DNA from: Octopus vulgaris
Taxonomy: Eukaryota
Direction of reading: 5' to 3'
DNA: 64,000 nt
NCBI GenBank assembly: GCA_951406725.2
Contig: OX597834.1
Coordinates: 16,554,001-16,618,000 of the forward strand
Shown here: positions 40,750 through 55,080 of the stretch, one piece after another
Position numbering within the stretch: position 1 is the first letter of the stretch
Layout: each line of letters opens with the position of its first letter
Notes under the pieces: generated by a model
What the model saw: the letters and a program-made list of their open reading frames with translations, nothing else
Database searches by the model: none
Told to the model about the DNA's origin: nothing
Translations under genes and position numbers: made by a program

Positions 40750-43331
40750 ATATATATATATACACACACACATACAAGGGGATCTGAAAAGCTCCTGGTT
40801 GGAGTTAAAGAAAATACAGGAGGATCAGTTACTTATGATTATATTCAACATATTCACCTCTAAGGTTCACACACTTATTGCAGCAGTCCTTCAGTTTTTC
40901 CAAGTCCTTTAAAAGGACTCAGAACGTTGAGCCTCTGACCAGGCCTTTTATGATACCCTTAAAGCCAGGAACTTTTCATCACCCCATTGTATATACATAT
41001 GTGTGTGTGTGTGTATTAAATGTGAACTGTGTAAATAAAATGAAGAAAGCAAGCTTGTGTGATCCGTGGAGAAACTTTTGTATAAAAATGAAGGCATTTG
41101 ATGAATGACCACTGAACAATCCTAGTATTCTATTGACTCGGTTTATTATACGACTAGATCTATTCAAACTCCCTATGCACACCCCAATGGCAAGACCAGT
41201 GAAATTATCTGGGAGGTAAATACTACTTCTGATGTTGGTAGCCTATACATGTCTGGCAGTTACAAGGAAATTGTAACGTTTGGAAGTGATTGTCAAACAA
41301 CAAAGTTTAACACTTGAACACTTTAAAAGAAAGCAGAACAGCAAAGAGTAGTTCATAGCTTTGTTACAATGTGTTGGCATTGTAGTTGTTTGACCCCAGG
41401 TCAACCCTGAACGAGTAGACCAATGACTAACGATATTCCAGACATGATCATTTTGTTTTTTCCAGATTACAATATTCAGTCTATCCTTCATTTTTTTTTA
41501 AGATGCTAGGCAAGATTTGAGAGATATATAGCTGCCATCTCTAGCAAATCAAGTGCCCTGCACGACTATGTGGTTAACAAGTTTGTTTCCATAATCCCTA
41601 TGCATGGTACATTGGGCAGGTTTCTTCTACGATGACCATGGACCAACTAAAATCTTGTGAGTATAAATTGTCAGTAAAAACTGTGCAGAAGCCTTTCAAA
41701 TGTGTGTGAGGTAGGGAGATGGTGGCAAAAACTGGTTGTTGAATGAGATAACTAGTGGTATCTTAATCCGTATTAGTTATGCCCTTCAACCCTGACTGCA
41801 GAGGACCCGAGTACACTTGGTTTTAAGCATGAGCACTTGAGACATGGTAACCGAGTTAACTCATTTTTGATAGTGGGGTACTTTCTGGAATTGTCTACAT
41901 TTCATATGATGCAGGATACACATTTTGCTTTCACTAGCCAATAGACAGAAGTCGCAAGAACTGATTTGCATATGATTAGCATGTTGCATCACTGCAGGGA
42001 GGGTCCATGCCCAGTCAACTTTGCTCTTCGTCCTCTTGTACTCTTCTCAGAACACTAAAAGGCAATGACTCAACATGTGAGCAGAATAATAAATTGAAAA
42101 CAGGTTTTACAACATGCAGCTTGATAGTAAAGCAAGCAGGAGCCACTTCATGCCACAAATATAAAGCTCAAACGAAAGCCAAAGAAGGGTTCTTAATATC
42201 GACAATATGTCCTATTATTACTTATTTGTCATAACTACCAACAGCTCCGGGGAATGTTTTACCCTTTCCCATTTTAACCATTTATGTTCAAGCTAACCAT
42301 ATCTGTCCTCTCACACCTACCCTACAATATTCTAAAAATAAGCAATTACATCATTGAAATCTCAAAGCCATGAGATAATGCACGACTAATTCAAAATAAT
42401 GTGAATAAGAAAGCATTACATCTTACAGAATAATCTGAATGCTAAAGGGGTAAATATTCATTTAATATTAAATTTGAGAACCCAAAATTCCTTTTTTAAA
42501 AAATAAGGATTAATTGGAATTTTACTCCCAGTTTTGATCCAATCAACCGAGAAAAAGAAAATCTCAATGTTTTGTAGAAAACTACTGAAAATTAGCTAGA
42601 CAGGCTATAGCATATGTGTTCAAACGAATTGCTCGAGTTCAGATATTTATTCTTAACAGCCCTGAATATTGAGACAGTTCTGGCCTCAATGCATTTCAAA
42701 AAAGGGATGACTAAGATAGATACACAGCTGATGTGTAAACAAAGTTACCTACACTGTTCTTTACAACTCTACTAGGAATATTGGTCTTGTTTTTATTTCA
42801 CACATAGAGAATACATTTTGGATGGGAGATAATCCAATGCTACCTCAAAACACACTATTATAAGGTCCTTAGTTATCGTCCTTCTTTACCATTTTTTTTT
42901 TTTTTTCAAATCTAAAGTAGCAAAAAAAACAAGAAAAAGAGCAAAGTTCCAACAATAGGAATGCTAACTCTAAACACAAACAAACAATACTCAGAGGAAA
43001 AAATAACACATAGAAGGAAAATAATGGGACTAAGAAATCTTCATTCGTATGACTCAATGGATTTTTTAGCATGCTTTTAACAAAACTCTAAATATACCAG
43101 GTAAAAATAAACAATGGTTTGTGATTACAAAACAGTGATGTGAAGGGAAGAAAAAAATGGAGCGTTTAATCATAAGAACCAGAATGTGTTAAAAATAATA
43201 GAAAAATGACCACCTAAGTTTTATATCATGGATAAGCACAATAAACAGGAAAACTTGTTTATATTCTCCCCCTCCACTTCATTGCACACAATGAGTATAG
43301 TCTATATATGTAGGCTATATATACACACATG

Positions 43332-43376
<45 letters not shown>

Positions 43377-44174
43377 TACATATATATGTACATATGTAAA
43401 TACACACACATATATATATACATATGTATATGTACATACACATATATACATATGTGCATGTACACACACACACACACATATATGTACATATACACACACA
43501 CACATACAGATGTACATAAACATCCACACATATATACACACACACACACACAAGAGGTTCAAAACTTACAAAAATCGAGAAGATGAAATAACAGATTCGA
43601 ATTTAGGCACTAGGCCAGCAATTGTGAGAGGAAGGGATTAAGTGATACTATCAACCTTCGTGTTTGACTCATACTTTATTTTATTGACCTCGGACAATGT
43701 TGGTCTTGGCAGGATTTGAACTCAAAGCATCCAGAACCAGAACAAATGCTGCAAGGGATAAAGTAATAAAGCGATATGAATGCCATCACAGTTTGTTTCA
43801 GTCATGGGAATGTGCCCATGCTGGGGCACTACCTTGAAGGATTTAGTCAAACGGACACTTAGAATTGATTTATATTGGTCTCTCTTGCTGAACTGCTAAG
43901 CTACAGGGATGTGAACAAACCAGTATTGGCTATCAAGTGATGGTGAGGAGCAAACACAGACACACACATTCTTTTACTTGTTTCAGTCATTTGAATGTGG
44001 CCATGCTGGAGCATCGCCTTAAACGACTTTCAGTTGAAGAAATATCAACACTAGGACATTCTTTGTGAACCTAATACATATTCTATTAGTCTCCTTTGCT
44101 GAACCACTAAGTTACAGTACACCAGTATTGACTTAAGCAATGGCAGAGATACAAACACAGATGTACACACAAAC

Positions 44175-44209
<35 letters not shown>

Positions 44210-44340
44210 CACGATCATCATTTAGTATTCGTTGTCCATTCTGGCATGGGTTGGACAGTTTGACCGGGCTGGCACACTGGAAGGCTGCACTAGACTCCAG
44301 TCTGATTTGGCATGGTTTCTACAGCTGGATACCCTTCCTA

Positions 44341-44381
<41 letters not shown>

Positions 44382-46052
44382 CTGTGCATATATATATATA
44401 TGTATATGTATATGTATATATACGACATGCTTCTTTCAGTTTACATCTACCAAATGCACTCAAAAGGCTTTGATCAGCCTGAAGCTGTAGTAGAAGACAC
44501 TTGCCCAAGGTGCCATGCAGCGGGACTGAACCCAAAGTCATGTGACTCTGACATAAGCTGCTTAACCACACTGCTACATCTGACTGTACCTATACAGCTA
44601 TGCTCGTACCTATGGGAAAATAAATTTATGCATTTTGTCTGAAATGTTTATTTGTTCAAAATTAGGACCTGTTGCTGAAATTTTGCATATATATTTATTT
44701 CTTTATACCGTAATTTAATAGATTCCCTCATTCTTTTTGTTAATAAAGCAGTTTCATTTTTATAGCTGACGAAAGACAAAAATCTATCCTGGATGGGAGT
44801 TTAGTTTATCACAGATCACATTTCCAGGCCTGGGTACCACCTGTCAAATAGCTTATATTTCTCAACCATTTTTTTAGCTGTGGTCCCCTTTGATTCCTAT
44901 TTTATTCATATGGACCCTCATAGCCATTTGGTGTCTAAAAATAATCTATTATATTTTTATAATTAAATTTTATTAGGAATTGTATAAAATATTGTTAAAG
45001 CATTTTGTGTATCCTAGAAGCATAACCAATTTATTGCACATAGATTTTAACAACAAAATCTTATTTGGATCCCCAAAGGCCATATGGACCCTAACCACTG
45101 TGTCAGGTAAACAGGATTCCAGATGAATTCATGTTGCAGATCCAGGAATTGATACCCTAGTTTCTAACCTTGTTATCATTCATTTTTTAGTCTCAGACAA
45201 AGACTGTACCAAAACTACCTTCGTTACCAGCTAAATGTCAAGATTTTTAATACTGAATAAGAAAAAAAAAGTAGTCTGAGCAAAGTAGAAGAGTCTTGTG
45301 TCTGTAAAAATTATTTAGTAAAGTTCATAGTTTCTTTGCTTGAAACATCTGTCTCTCATTTCCTTGCAGTATACGAACTTAAGCAAGTTAATGAATACCA
45401 AACAAAGTCAGCTAATAAATATATATTCCTAAATAAGAATTTAATATTAGCAGTTATATATTTTCACTAAATGTACAGTGGGATATTGGTGTTGAACCTT
45501 AATTAAATATGAACACTAACCCCTAAGAAACACACAAAACCGTTAGATTCACTTCAACATTTAAATTTAATTTGTCAAAATATTTTCGTCGCTTTGAGAC
45601 CGCAACCTGTTCACTGACAAAACTTTGTGCTGCATAACCCCTAAATATGTCAAAACCCCTAAACATGTCATAAAATAATCTCCCAGTACTCTGTCCAATA
45701 GTGAAATCTCATGTTAATAGCAAGAGTAAGCAATGTAAGTAGTGTTTTGAGTGCTAGAACTCATAGTGACCATTAACCACTTTCCATGGTGTGTAAGTGA
45801 AGGAGTCCATGACAGGATGCCACTCTGTTGCAAAGGTTACTCAATTCACAGATGAGTGGATTGAAGCAGCATGAAGAGAAGTGTTTGGTTCAAGAAAAAC
45901 AACATACTGCTAGCTCTGGGAATTGAAACCATAATCTTGTAATCATGAGTGCAACACCTTAGCCACTAAGCCATATGCCTTCACAAATAACAAGAGTGGC
46001 AGGAATTGCATCATGTATTCTGGTTTGTCATTCCTTTTACTCCTTTAACTAC

Positions 46053-46169
46053 CAGCTCGTTTGGTGCCTTGTACAGCAAAAGCCACACTACACAAACGAT
46101 AAGGCCAGGTCTTTGTTTCTGAGTTCAAGCTGCTTTCTTCATTTCCTTGCCGACCAATTTTAGAGTCTC
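46053..46169 (-). CDS. Candidate 117-nt cassette exon (GDSKIGRQGNEESSLNSETKTWPYRLCSVAFAVQGTKRA)
   Basis: acatttttacag acceptor, weak gtagtt donor, phase 1-1, open frame. Confidence 0.5.
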
Positions 46170-46477
46170 CTGTAAAAATGTCAAAAGTGCAACCACTTCT
46201 TGTCCTTTGAAGCCAAAAGGACGATTTTTAAATACTGTTGATTCATTTACAGATACTAACAAGACTATCAAATTCTTGATTTATTTTTCATTTTGTTCTC
46301 AGCCCTTGGCATCAATGTTATTTTTAAACACTAATCTACCTTACCATAAGCGAAAATGGAATTTATCTTGCAACTCAACTTTTGTGCTGCCTTCAGATTA
46401 AAAAAAAATAATTTTTTTCTTGTATTCAAATTGGTATATTTTTATTAATTAGAACTACTATTATCAATGCAATTAGC

Positions 46478-46887
46478 AGATCTTTTCGGTTTGAATGGCA
46501 GTTTTTAACATAATTTCTAGGTAACTAAAAAATTTTAAACTTCGTATACTGGTAGAATGTGTTTATATAACATCTTTTTCTCTTGGCTTTATTGAGAAAA
46601 TTCTATAGTTTGTAAGATATTTGTTGTTTTTTTTCTTCAATTTCTGCAATTTCAACCAATCAGTGACGTCTATTGAGGTAAAAAAATATTCTGTGCCGTA
46701 TGAATATGTCCCTCGTTTAAGAAACAGATTGGGTTTATTTACATTTGTGAAGAAAAAAGATACCCTTCCACTACCCCTAACCCTAAAAGAGATTGAAATG
46801 CAATAGATCGATTCTAGGGTCATAATTATGGGTGACAATTTCATATGAAACCGCTAGAAAGAACTGCCATTCAAACCGAAAAGATCC
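46478..46887. mobile_element. MITE with 8-bp TSD (Merlin-like)
   Basis: TIR gatcttttcggtttgaatggcagtt at both ends; caattagc at 46470-46477 and 46888-46895. Confidence 0.8.
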
Positions 46888-47222
46888 CAATTAGCTATTC
46901 TAGCATACATTTCCAACTATATTCACACACACAATCATACACATGCACAAACATTGTATAAGCAAGCTGCAATTGTGTATAAGTAAATGGACGTTTCTGG
47001 TTATTATGACAAACAGTGCAAAGTACCAAGTCTTAAGTGAAATCAGGTTCTACTAAGACCAGTTGAAACTGGAGAAGAAAAGAAGGGAGCATAAAAAAAA
47101 TAATAGAAAAGAAAAAATAGATTTAAAAATGAAATGCTATCATAAGGGTAGAGATATATAGATATATAGAGATATATATAAATAAATATTACTACTATTG
47201 TTTACTCTGTCGCGGTACTTAC

Positions 47223-47270
47223 CAAACTTAGGTGATGAGGACTCATACAAAACTGATCTAGTTTTATTAC
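47223..47270 (-). CDS. 48-nt cassette exon (GNKTRSVLYESSSPKF)
   Basis: ctgac branch-like site, acgtttttag|G acceptor, perfect gtaagt donor, phase 1-1. Confidence 0.7.
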
Positions 47271-47653
47271 CTAAAAACGTGTAATTAACAGTCAGTAAGC
47301 AACATGGAATGGCAATTGACACAGAATGAAAAGGAGAGAATAAAACAAAGAGATAAAAGGGGAGAGAGAGAGAGGAGGGAGAAGTGGGGAAGAAAATGGG
47401 CGAAGGAAAATGAATTTTTTTTTTTTTTTTCATCTCGATCATAATTTAATTTCAAGATATTTTTATGAAAACATTAATCTAATGATTGGCTAAGAGTAAT
47501 CTACAAAACTATTAACATGGTATTACTTGGCATGAAGAATAGCTTACTGGCATATAATTAAGTGGAAATCAATACAGTGTAAAGTATGCACTTGTATGCA
47601 TGCATATATATATTACATGTACATTACATATATAAATATATATACTTATATAC

Positions 47654-47691
<38 letters not shown>

Positions 47692-47715
47692 TATACATTA
47701 CATATGTATTGTATG

Positions 47716-47762
<47 letters not shown>

Positions 47763-47921
47763 CATGCTCATATTACATGTACATTACATATGTATATATA
47801 CTTATATACAAATTATATATATATATATACATACACATATTACATGTACATTACATATATACTTATATACAAATTTTATATATATATATATATATACACA
47901 TACATATACTTATATACAAAT

Positions 47922-47954
<33 letters not shown>

Positions 47955-47982
47955 TACATGTACATTACATATATACTTATAT

Positions 47983-48022
<40 letters not shown>

Positions 48023-48881
48023 CTATACATTACATATGTATTATATATGTTACATATATATATATACATTACATGTGTATTATAAATATACACATTACAT
48101 ATGTATTATATATACATGTTACATACATACACACACACACACTTATGTTACATATATATATATATACACACGTATATATTTGTGTGTATGGATATATATG
48201 AGTATATATGTATAAACACGTGAGTGTACATGTGTAGGCATGAACATCCCAAGTGCACGTGAGTCTGCTCCCAAGTATGTGCGTGCATGTGTGCAGTGTG
48301 TTAGTGTGCAAGTGTGTTAATGCAATCACATTACCAAGTAGGTGGAAGGAACTATGCATCAAAGAGCTTGTTGTCTCTTTTTGCTGTTTTGTTTTTCCCA
48401 AGTAGTATTACAAGGGGATCTATATCGTGGAAATTAAGTATTACTCCAGACAGTTTATCCCATATCTTCTCTATTATTATTATTATTATTATTATTATTT
48501 TTGTATTGCATGTGTACTTAGTGAAGTTAATGCCAAATCAAATACTTGATAATGGCAAGCTTTCCTCGAGAGTTTCACTTGATATTTTTTCAGAGTTTCC
48601 ATAGTAGACGTGAGTCATAAGCAGCTATTTCATAATATAATCTTAACAGAATTATCCCAACGATGGTATTACTGGATTTCTTTCTTTGGTTAAATTTTTT
48701 TTTTTTTTTTCCATTTTACTAATTTTTTTTTTCTTTCTTTGTTTCCAGTAATCCAGTCCAGATTTTAATAAAGCATGCTGGGAAAATTTCTGTTACCATT
48801 CCATCACAGGGAACTTTGATCTGTTCACATTTTCATGCATAGTAAAATTATGAGAATGGTTTAGCAGCCCTTCTCCCTCGA

Positions 48882-48924
48882 TTCGGTCATCAGTTTTGCT
48901 TACTAAAAGTGGCCCACTTAGCAC
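48882..48924 (-). pseudogene. Short 28S rRNA-like fragment
   Basis: Minus strand gtgctaagtgggccacttttagtaagcaaaactg resembles the conserved LSU segment AGTGGGCCACTTTTGGTAAGCAGAACTGG. Confidence 0.6.
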
Positions 48925-50155
48925 CAGGCTTCCATTTCATCTGCAAAACGGCTGCCTCCAATCAGGAGGTTTGACTGAACAAAGCTGTTATCAAAAGCAT
49001 TTTGGCCATGGCTGTCCTCCATTTATTTTTTATCTAATTGACAAGTGTATCTAGGTCTACATTATCCAATGTGTCCTTCATTCTTTTAAAAATGGCATGG
49101 TTATAATTGCCTGGGTGTTGGGTTCACAATCAAGTCATATGCATCGTTTTCAGACTTAGTGAGATCACTCAGCTCATAATAAGTACCAGTAATACCTAAA
49201 GGAGCAGATTTTAACTCTCTGAATACCGACATCCTATTTAGAGGCAATCTTGTACTCCAAGTCACTTAGACATCATGGAAACCAAGATAAGCTTAGGTTT
49301 AATGAGCTTGTAAGTTCAAGACACACTTGTTTTTGAAAGTTATAGTTTGAGATTTGGCTGTTATTTCAAGCATTTTGATTAACCAGATTGATGCATCTCC
49401 TCACTGGCTCGATTCTTTCATAAACACAGCTGTTAACACAACCCTAAATAATTTTTTTTTTCTACAGATCAATAACATAAGACGATTTTTACATGACTTG
49501 GTTAAATTTTATAAAGTTTTTTAAATATTCAATACTCATTCAATTCTTTTGACAAAAGAATTTATAGTTAACCCTTTAGCACTTAAGCTGGTCACATCTG
49601 GGCCAAATATACTGTGTTTTATGTTCAAACTGGCCAAATCTGGCTTTTCACAGTTACTCTACAATGTCATTTAAAAAATAATCACATTGTGGAAATTTCA
49701 AAGCTACAAAACAATGCGAATAAATAAGCATTTGATTTGACAGAATAATCTGAATGCTAAAGGGTTACGCTTATAACACTGCACTTGCCCTATGACTATA
49801 TACAAATATATGCGTGTGTGTGCATGCGTGCAAGCATGTTTAAGTGTATATGTATGTGTATGTGCCAATGTTTGGCTGATGATGTAAGCCTGAATGAGCT
49901 AAATACTTTGGCGTGTTGGCCTTAAACAATTAGATAAGCTATTATTTATAGACCCAAACTGATAATTAGGATTGTCTAGCAGAAAAGAAAACATTACACT
50001 TTTAGGTTCTGAAAAATGAAAATAAAACATCACATGAGAAATTATTTCTAGAAATATTGAATAACCAATCTGGGGGCTGCAATTAATTCCTGGACCTAAA
50101 CAGTCCCCTACAAATAGAAGTAAGGAATAAAAATAAAACAGATCCTAAATCCATT

Positions 50156-50197
<42 letters not shown>

Positions 50198-50574
50198 AAT
50201 AATTTACTTGTGCAGAAATATTACAAAGCATGCACGTTTGAGGTGTGGAATGTTTCTAAGGTAGAGAGTCATTTATAATGAAAACAAATTATTTTTGTAA
50301 TAGGAAGAAGGGTGTAAGATTAGATTGTTGTGTAAAGTGAACTTAGGAGATTGGGATCATTGTAAACTGTGTACATAAAGTGATAATCTATTTTACAGGT
50401 ACAGACTTGAACCACATAGGTTACTCTTTGAGTGATAGGCAAATTAGCTCAAGTGGTAGTTGAGATATTAGAACATTTTTAACGAGGTCAACAAGTCTTA
50501 AGCAAGATTAACTAGTTTTTATCATGTTCGACCAGTTTTTAGCAACATCAACAAGTGCTTAGAAAGATCAGACA

Positions 50575-51010
50575 GCCTTTAGCTGGAATCAACCAGCATT
50601 TCGCAAGAACCAGCCTTTTGCAAGATCAACCAGCCTTTCGCAAAATCAACCGGCCTTTCGCAAGATCAACCAGCCTTTAACAAGATCAACCAGCCTTTAA
50701 CCAGATCAACCAGCCTTTTGCAAAATCAACCAGCCTTTCACAAGATCAACCAGCCTTTCGCAAGATCAACCAGTCTTTAACCTGATCAACCAGCCTTTAA
50801 CCAGATCAACCAGCCTTTTGCAAGATCAACCAGCCTTTCACAAGATCAACCAGCCTTTCACAAGATCAACCAGCCTTTCACAAGATCAACCAGCCTTTTG
50901 CAAGATCAACTAACCTTTTACCAGATCAACCAGCCTTTCGCAAGATCAACCAGCCTTTCGCAAACTCAACCAGCCTTTAACCAGATCAACCAGCCTTTAG
51001 AAAGATCAAC
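50575..51010. repeat. 20-bp minisatellite (caagatcaaccagcctttcg), ~21 copies
   Basis: Directly visible. Confidence 0.95.
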
Positions 51011-51270
51011 AAGCTATTAGCAAAATCAAATAGTTTTTACAAATGGCATCCTTCAGTGTTTGAGATAATACAAGATGAGTTACACATTACATAATACTGC
51101 AATCTTTAAGACTAACTGTATGAACAAAAAAAGTAAATTAATTAAATAACAAATCTAATAAATATTGAAGAATGTCTGGTTACTAGAAAATGGCGAGATA
51201 TGCTATGCAGAGATTAAGAAAACCATATGATTACACAGAAGCTATTCATACAATATATTAATGCATTCTA

Positions 51271-51296
51271 CTAAATGATAACACACTTTGTTGCTT
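51271..51296 (-). CDS. Candidate terminal micro-exon ending in CaaX (EATKCVII*)
   Basis: cttttctctgtttacag acceptor, phase 1, CVII then TAG. Confidence 0.5.
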
Positions 51297-51451
51297 CTGT
51301 AAACAGAGAAAAGCACACTCAAATCTTTACACCACGCAACCACTGTAAGCACTACCTGCTGCAAGCCTGGGATTCCCCATTCGCTGACTAAGCCCAGCAG
51401 AAACCTTATGATCCAATAGCAGCCCAAGGAATAGATCCCTTATACCCGTCT

Positions 51452-51499
<48 letters not shown>

Positions 51500-51519
51500 A
51501 CTGCTGAGATCTATAAGTT

Positions 51520-51895
51520 CTTCCATTCTCTTTCTTTAGTTTCTCATTCCTTTCTGTTGAAGAGCGTCGGCTTGAAACATGAAAAACTTTTTCATTTTTC
51601 CCAAGCATCAAACTAATACACTTGCTTGTTATTCATACACCAGTCTTTGTCTTTTTTTTTTTTCCTATAAATTTCAACTATGTATCTATATATATGCATT
51701 GCCATAACTGACCGCTACCCACTAAAGCTTTTTTTATTCTCTCTCTGTATGTTTTCTCGTGTTCCTTTCTGTTGAAGAGCGTAGGCTCGAAACATAAAAG
51801 ACTTTCTCACCTTCCTGGGCGTTAAACTAATACACATGTTTATTGTTTACACACCTGTCTTCGTCTTTTGTTTTTTTGTAAATTTCAACTACATA
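51520..51895 (+). mobile_element. Two tandem Penelope-like terminal repeats with degenerate minimal hammerhead motifs
   Basis: ctttctgttgaagagcgtaggctcgaaacataaaag at 51765-51800 and a diverged copy at 51550-51585. Confidence 0.55.
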
Positions 51896-52178
51896 TATGT
51901 GTATATATATATACAATGAAAAATTAAGATAAACAGAAGTATAACTTATTAGTTCCTATGTAAATTATAACATAATTATTTGGAACTCAGCCCTGGATGT
52001 TCTAAGTGCACTTGGATGCCCAACTGCAACAGATCATCAGAGGAATACTTTATTACATTCTGTTAGAGATCTAAAATCAATGTGCTGCTCAGTCTGGGAA
52101 CCAAACACGTGATCGAGCAATTATGAGTACAACAGCCAAACCACTAGGCCACACACATCCATCACCTTCTTCTATCTA

Positions 52179-52239
<61 letters not shown>

Positions 52240-52603
52240 AAGTGTGTGAAGGTGCATGGCTCAATGGTTAAAGCATTGGGCTCGCAATCATGAGGCAGTG
52301 AGCTCAATTCCCAGACTGGGCTGTGTGTTGTGTTCTTGACCAAGACACTTCATTTCACGTTGCTCCAGTTTACTCAGCTGTAGAAAAGAGTTGTGATGTC
52401 ACTGGTGTCAAGCTGCATCGGCCTTTGCCTTTCTCTTGGATAACATTGGTGGCATAGATAGGGGAGACTGGCATACATGGGTGACTGCTGGTCTTCCATA
52501 AACAACCTTGCCCAGACTTGTGCCTCAGAGAAATTTCTAGGTGCAATCCCATGGTCATTCATGAGCAAAGGGAGTTTATAGATATACATATATATACATA
52601 TAC

Positions 52604-52689
<86 letters not shown>

Positions 52690-53336
52690 TTATAGAGAGA
52701 GAGAATTTTGAATAGGCTGAAATCATTTGAGACTATTAACCTCTAGTTTTTTGTATCTGTACTAAATTTTCATTCCTTAACTTATCTTCTACGAATACAT
52801 GTCTTGTGTAGGATTTGTCAGCCAGGTATTTACTTGGCATACATCAACTACTCCAGTTATACAGAGACAGGTGTGAAAGAAACAAGGTGACAACTCAGCG
52901 ACAAAATGGAAACAGAAAGAAAACATACCTAATTTTTACACATTTTATCTTTCACTTGCTCCAGTCATTGGACAGCAGCCATACTGGGGCACCACCTTGA
53001 AGGGTCTTTAGTCAAACAAATCAATCTCTGTTCTTATTCTTTAAGCATCTGGTATTTATTTTTTTTTTTAAGTCTGGTACTTATTCCATCAGTCTCTTTT
53101 GCCAAAATGCTAAGTTATATAGAACATAAACAAACACATAAACAAACAGCTTACACAAACACACAGATGATGGTCTTCCACACAGTTTTCATCTACCAAA
53201 CTCACTCACAAGGCATTAGTCAGTCTGGGACTAAAAAAGAAGACACTTGTGAAACCAGACCGAAACTGAAAGTACATCGTTGCAAAGTGAGCTTTTTTTA
53301 ATCAAGCAGTCATTCCTTTGCATATACATACAAACA

Positions 53337-53393
<57 letters not shown>

Positions 53394-53656
53394 ATATATA
53401 TACTCATACACACAAATATTTATATATTACATATTATCACTATATATTAGGTATTTCCTTGATACAGTTTAAAAATGAATTGTTCCACCATTTAAGCCAT
53501 CTGTTTATTGTAATGTGGTGTTTCTCTAACGATATCTGATATCCAATATCCCATATGTGATTTATCACATACAGGACATAATCATAAAAAATGTGCAACA
53601 AATTACTTTGGGATTTAGGAGGGCAGGAAAGAGAAGAAAAGGCATGGATGATCCTG

Positions 53657-53709
53657 TTACCAGATTGAAGATGAAAGATCTGAAGTAGTGGTCACATCAT
53701 GGCCAGTTA
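53657..53709 (-). CDS. Candidate alternative terminal exon (VTGHDVTTTSDLSSSIW*)
   Basis: Long U-rich tract ending ttgtccag, phase 1. Confidence 0.4.
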
Positions 53710-54190
53710 CTGGACAACAACAGCAAAAACAACAAAAAAAAAAAACACACACACACACAATTGGGAGATGAACAATCCAAAAGAACAAATACATTAAGTG
53801 AAATAAAAAGAATTGTTATAAACAAAACAATACAAATTCCGTTGTTATGAACCCTTTGCCTGGTTTGTGTATCACATATAATAAACAGGACATATATATT
53901 TCCCCGGCCTCCATGCATCAAAGAGGATACACATTCTTAATTTTTTTTTTTCAGCCACTGGAATAAGTTGGGATTTGTGAAAGGAAAGCTTTATAATTGC
54001 TCAGCATTTATGAAAGAAGGGCAAACCAAAAGTCTGAAAACAAATTTGGACATTTTGGATAAAGTTATGGAAATGCTTTGGACAGGCAAAGAGTTGAAGG
54101 TATATAAAATACAGACGTTTGGATAAATGTAGTCTATATGCAGTTATATATGTTGGATTTCATAAGGTTACATGCAACAAATTTATAAAT

Positions 54191-54233
<43 letters not shown>

Positions 54234-54816
54234 AAAGCTGTGCAGCTACAAAGTGAATTAAAGACTTAGTAATGATTGTGATAATGGTGGTACGCAACCC
54301 TGGCAGGAAGCGGTAGAAGAGTAGTGTATAGTATAAGATATAGTACACAGCATGAAAACTCATTGTTTGGTTTCAGTCATACACTGGTAAAGTAACTAAA
54401 CAACTTAATGTAACACAACTATGTATATATCTGTACCTATATACATACATACATACATATATATATATACACACACACATATATATACACACACACACAT
54501 ACATACACACACATAAACACACGCACACACATATGCATATACATATACGCACATAAACACACGCACACACATATATGCATATACATATACGCATATACAT
54601 ATATATACATATACGCATATACATATACACATATTTACATATACATATGTACATATACACACACACACATATATATTTCGGTCAGTAGTTCATAAACCTG
54701 AATAGAAGCACATTCTAAAACTCAAAAGCAGTAGTACTTAAAAGGTTGCTGGTTATGGCCGACAGTCAGAGAGTGACCATTGGTTTGCACTTATAAGGTT
54801 CTTGCAAAACCAATGC

Positions 54817-54845
54817 TCACTCTCTGACTGGCCATAACCAACAAC
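54817..54845 (-). CDS. Candidate terminal mini-exon within a hairpin (GCWLWPVRE*)
   Basis: Weak acceptor ccttaaaag|G, phase 1; fully paired in hairpin 54737-54853. Confidence 0.3.
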
Positions 54846-54979
54846 CTTTTAAGGAGTGTGCATGTGTGTATAAACACAACATGCAGTTTATGCTATTTGT
54901 TCCCTGTGCATGCTTTGCCTTGGTGACTGACGATTTGAACCCTCTGTAGTGGATATCCATAGTGCATTTCGATGCAGAC

Positions 54980-55080
54980 CTACAACAGTTCTCCAGGGAG
55001 TTCTGTTTCAACATAATGTAATGCAGTGTTCCCCTGAAGAACTGTTGTGGATCTGCATCCAAATGCAGTATAAACACCCA
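54980..55080 (-). CDS. Candidate alternative terminal exon within a long hairpin (VGVYTAFGCRSTTVLQGNTALHYVETELPGELL*)
   Basis: cccctttggcatcctctgcag acceptor, phase 1, TAG at 54982-54980. Confidence 0.5.
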
